Shown one piece after another: positions 63,801 to 64,000 of a stretch of DNA of 64,000 nucleotides; positions within the stretch are counted from its first letter, which is position 1, and each line of letters starts with the position of its first letter. Under the pieces are notes generated by a model. It saw only the letters and a program-made list of their open reading frames with translations. It did not search any database and was not told the DNA's origin. Made by a program: the position numbers and the translations under genes. Origin of the DNA: Haliotis cracherodii (lineage: Eukaryota); assembly GCF_022045235.1 (NCBI RefSeq), contig NW_027266271.1, positions 15,190,001 to 15,254,000 on the forward strand, read 5' to 3'.

Positions 63801-63964
63801 TATCTGTATAGATGACATAGACGAGACTCCCCACAGCACCACTGCTTGGGTCCACTGTCTTGGAAATAGTGCCTCGTACGGCCTTGAGATTCTCTAAATC
63901 GGACGTAGGTTCCAGCATCGGGTAACCTGGTGATAAACCGACCCCATCTGTCGTAGCAGCATTC
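29268..63964 (-). CDS. MUC4/SUSD2/Mesh-like (mucin-like) type I membrane protein: AMOP-VWD-cadherin-like-EGF/cbEGF array-TM; 5' part lies beyond the window
   Basis: 33 exons with canonical AG/GT ends join in one frame (5667 nt): ECCYD..CC..RP (AMOP), [10 protein letters not shown] and GLLGNYNG (VWD), repeated DIDEC..CxNTxGSYxC (cbEGF), hydrophobic helix then CCCRRRR. Confidence 0.9.
29437..29669 (-). mobile_element. SINE family A
   Basis: Reverse match. Confidence 0.75.
29745..29795 (-). CDS. Mucin-like gene exon ([17 protein letters not shown])
   Basis: tactttcag / ctg|gtaagt, phase 0-0. Confidence 0.7.
29905..30150. repeat. ~31-bp tandem repeat x~8 containing tttccag|gaa on the minus strand
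   Basis: gtgaatatgat..tttcctggaaa unit. Confidence 0.9.
30439..30533 (-). CDS. Mucin-like gene exon ([10 protein letters not shown])
   Basis: atttcag / cag|gtattc; phase 1 to 0. Confidence 0.8.
30727..31392 (+). mobile_element. Two SINE family A copies (30727-30938, 31128-31392)
   Basis: Direct match to family A. Confidence 0.8.
31518..31795 (-). CDS. Mucin-like gene cytoplasmic exon
   Basis: ttttcag / g|gtgagt; [17 protein letters not shown]..; phase 2 to 1. Confidence 0.85.
31913..32524. mobile_element. Two SINE family C copies in opposite orientation (31913-32163 +, 32270-32524 -)
   Basis: Match to family C. Confidence 0.7.
32960..33160 (-). mobile_element. SINE family A
   Basis: Reverse match. 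Confidence 0.75.
33478..33616 (-). CDS. Mucin-like gene transmembrane exon
   Basis: [31 protein letters not shown]; cttacag / cg|gtaagc. Confidence 0.9.
33693..34065. repeat. CT-rich low-complexity tract
   Basis: Seen directly. Confidence 0.9.
34123..34242 (-). CDS. Mucin-like gene cbEGF exon (DRNECL..)
   Basis: Six Cys; phase 1-1. Confidence 0.88.
34526..34792 (-). CDS. Double-EGF exon, duplicated copy
   Basis: 267 nt, phase 1-1. Confidence 0.88.
34960..35226 (-). CDS. Double-EGF exon, duplicated copy
   Basis: Offset 434 bp from the neighbouring copy, near-identical. Confidence 0.85.
35394..35660 (-). CDS. Double-EGF exon (3' part shared with the copies)
   Basis: 267 nt, phase 1-1. Confidence 0.88.
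36483..36746 (-). CDS. Double-EGF exon
   Basis: [15 protein letters not shown]; phase 1-1. Confidence 0.88.
36952..37209 (-). CDS. Double-EGF exon
   Basis: [15 protein letters not shown]; phase 1-1. Confidence 0.88.
37565..39015. repeat. 72-bp tandem repeat x~20 derived from an EGF exon 3' end plus its donor
   Basis: Minus-strand unit ..gacatggcaac(g/t)tgtgaag|gtatgt(g/a)a..; continuous with exon 38960-39082. Confidence 0.95.
38960..39082 (-). CDS. cbEGF exon ([13 protein letters not shown])
   Basis: caacag / gaag|gtatgt. Confidence 0.85.
39179..39340. other. Assembly gap (162 N)
   Basis: Run of n. Confidence 1.
39703..39837 (-). CDS. EGF exon (non-calcium-binding type)
   Basis: [20 protein letters not shown]; phase 1-1. 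Confidence 0.85.
40454..40576 (-). CDS. cbEGF exon
   Basis: [12 protein letters not shown]; phase 1-1. Confidence 0.9.
40640..41160 (-). mobile_element. SINE A (40640-40886) next to SINE D (40915-41160)
   Basis: Reverse matches to both families. Confidence 0.75.
41684..41846 (-). mobile_element. SINE family B with 14-bp TSD
   Basis: Flanked by catagacataaaga on both sides. Confidence 0.85.
42259..42396. repeat. Inverted repeat with hammerhead-like core (Penelope pLTR-like)
   Basis: Arms atggatgtcaactt..atgaggaacacaatgtttcg / cgaaacgttgtgttcctcat..aagttgacatccat. Confidence 0.65.
42563..42685 (-). CDS. cbEGF exon
   Basis: [13 protein letters not shown]; phase 1-1. Confidence 0.9.
43282..43524 (+). 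mobile_element. SINE family A
   Basis: Direct match. Confidence 0.8.
43588..43845 (-). CDS. Double-EGF exon
   Basis: [15 protein letters not shown]; phase 1-1. Confidence 0.88.
43885..44454 (-). mobile_element. SINE C (43885-44132) and SINE A (44255-44454)
   Basis: Reverse matches. Confidence 0.7.
44646..44777 (-). CDS. cbEGF exon
   Basis: [13 protein letters not shown]; phase 1-1. Confidence 0.9.
45393..45524 (-). CDS. EGF exon (non-calcium-binding type)
   Basis: [21 protein letters not shown]; phase 1-1. Confidence 0.87.
45798..46075 (-). mobile_element. SINE family C, full length
   Basis: Reverse match to 56195-56490. Confidence 0.85.
46317..46442 (-). CDS. cbEGF exon
   Basis: [12 protein letters not shown]; aag|gtgacc donor. 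Confidence 0.87.
48255..48380 (-). CDS. cbEGF exon
   Basis: [13 protein letters not shown]; phase 1-1. Confidence 0.9.
48628..48879 (-). CDS. Double-EGF exon
   Basis: [15 protein letters not shown]; phase 1-1. Confidence 0.88.
49439..49555 (-). CDS. cbEGF exon
   Basis: [10 protein letters not shown]; phase 1-1. Confidence 0.9.
49833..50065 (-). mobile_element. SINE family C
   Basis: Reverse match, (tgag)n tail. Confidence 0.75.
50994..51104 (-). CDS. EGF exon (short, non-calcium-binding type)
   Basis: [18 protein letters not shown]; phase 1-1. Confidence 0.85.
   Translation of the reverse strand, partial: PHKSVTAWTAARCVTPPPERAHVNQAINLAMTMQHV
51495..51762 (-). mobile_element. SINE family C
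   Basis: Reverse match. Confidence 0.75.
51775..51833. repeat. (TA)n(GT)n microsatellite
   Basis: Seen directly. Confidence 0.95.
52130..52358 (-). mobile_element. SINE family D
   Basis: Match to 21000-21245. Confidence 0.7.
52442..52567 (-). CDS. cbEGF exon
   Basis: [12 protein letters not shown]; phase 1-1. Confidence 0.9.
53595..53717 (-). CDS. cbEGF exon
   Basis: [11 protein letters not shown]; phase 1-1. Confidence 0.9.
54179..54346 (-). CDS. EGF exon ([20 protein letters not shown])
   Basis: tgtgcag / a|gtaggt. Confidence 0.87.
54481..54784. mobile_element. Palindromic MITE with internal aagttgaaatt repeats
   Basis: cgaagcct..gacacatactaagttgaaatttcaag mirrored by cttgaaatttcaactaagtatgtgtc..aggcttcg. 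Confidence 0.7.
55285..55463 (-). CDS. Exon: end of cadherin-like domain and first EGF
   Basis: attccag|a att gtc (phase 2) .. CTCDTGYT g|gtgaga. Confidence 0.85.
56195..56490 (+). mobile_element. SINE family C, full length, tRNA-Leu-like head, 13-bp TSD
   Basis: gtggcccagtcgtctaaggcg (A box) and gggttcgaatccc (B box); tcatgtcccatat on both flanks. Confidence 0.88.
56604..56808 (-). CDS. Exon: cadherin/Ig-like beta-sandwich (NRSP..ANDADND)
   Basis: tatcag / ac|gtaatt. Confidence 0.85.
56890..57636. repeat. 24-bp (2x12-bp) CpG-rich tandem repeat x~31
   Basis: tgtacgatccgg + tgtac(a/g)atac(a/c)a. Confidence 0.95.
58495..58669. mobile_element. Tc1/pogo-type MITE with TA TSD
   Basis: TA-cagtaaactacgtttataacgaac ... 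gttcgttataaccgtagtttcctg-TA. Confidence 0.8.
58724..58935 (-). mobile_element. Penelope-like RT C-terminal remnant
   Basis: [23 protein letters not shown] resembles the PLE thumb region (F..R...L...GY....L.....KFY). Confidence 0.4.
59266..59520 (-). CDS. Exon: post-VWD Cys-rich region ([19 protein letters not shown])
   Basis: ttttccag / t|gtgagt; phase 1-1. Confidence 0.88.
59521..60610. repeat. 58/62-bp acceptor-containing tandem arrays interrupted by a truncated exon copy (59903-60120)
   Basis: ctggaaa (minus: tttccag) at 16 positions; 600-bp offset identity of 59303-59520 with 59903-60120. Confidence 0.95.
59903..60120 (-). pseudogene. Donor-less duplicate of exon 59266-59520
   Basis: Identical to the first 218 nt of the exon, then runs into the repeat; in-frame TGA at 59858-59860. 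Confidence 0.7.
60853..61047 (-). CDS. VWD exon ([16 protein letters not shown])
   Basis: ttccccag / t|gtacgt. Confidence 0.9.
61048..61212. repeat. 11-bp tandem repeat x~15 abutting a splice acceptor
   Basis: gg(a/g)gaaacaat units; minus strand attgtttc(t/c)cc. Confidence 0.92.
61327..61550 (-). mobile_element. SINE family A
   Basis: Reverse match. Confidence 0.75.
62039..62170 (-). CDS. VWD exon (MVIYIDGVD)
   Basis: gtttcag / g|gtaagg. Confidence 0.87.
62398..62652 (-). CDS. VWD exon ([21 protein letters not shown])
   Basis: Canonical VWD start; atccag / a|gtatgt. Confidence 0.93.
62741..63000 (-). mobile_element. SINE family A, full length
   Basis: Reverse match. Confidence 0.85.
63751..63964 (-). 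CDS. AMOP-domain exon ([25 protein letters not shown])
   Basis: ttccacag / t|gtaagt; frame differs from the ORF track and joins the VWD exon in phase. Confidence 0.87.
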
Positions 63965-64000
63965 CTGTGGAATATAAGCACGTGTTACTTCAGTAATAGA

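Noticed and set aside
63736-63981. ORF-track translation [11 protein letters not shown]..
   Set aside because: Wrong frame; the AMOP-coding frame (ECCYD..) fits the splice sites.

Overview
Animal genomic DNA, most likely a mollusc; the SINE content resembles abalone (Haliotis) from memory, which I have not verified. It holds two convergent intron-rich genes. (1) Plus strand, ~3.1-18.9 kb: a complete metazoan chitin synthase (about 13 coding exons, ~1733 aa, all GT2 catalytic motifs intact). Its N-terminus is an 8x17-aa Ser/Pro/Thr repeat and I found no myosin head. It has a probable GC-AG intron and a stop-free 84-nt intron inside the QYDQG/EDRW motif. (2) Minus strand, from beyond 64,000 to ~29.3 kb: the 3' 33 exons (~1888 aa) of a MUC4/SUSD2/Mesh-type membrane protein (AMOP, VWD, cadherin-like, long EGF/cbEGF array, TM helix, cytoplasmic tail). 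Introns and the intergenic region hold one intact DD34E Tc1 element, two decayed Tc1 copies, RLE-type LINE and Penelope-like remnants, MITEs and four SINE families. There is a 162-nt N gap. The most unusual pattern is six independent tandem arrays whose units carry RNA-processing signals in the sense orientation of the host gene (5' donors, 3' acceptors, a polypyrimidine tract, AATAAA), several of them copied from the neighbouring real exon junction. All exon coordinates were derived by hand from GT/GC-AG sites and phase continuity.
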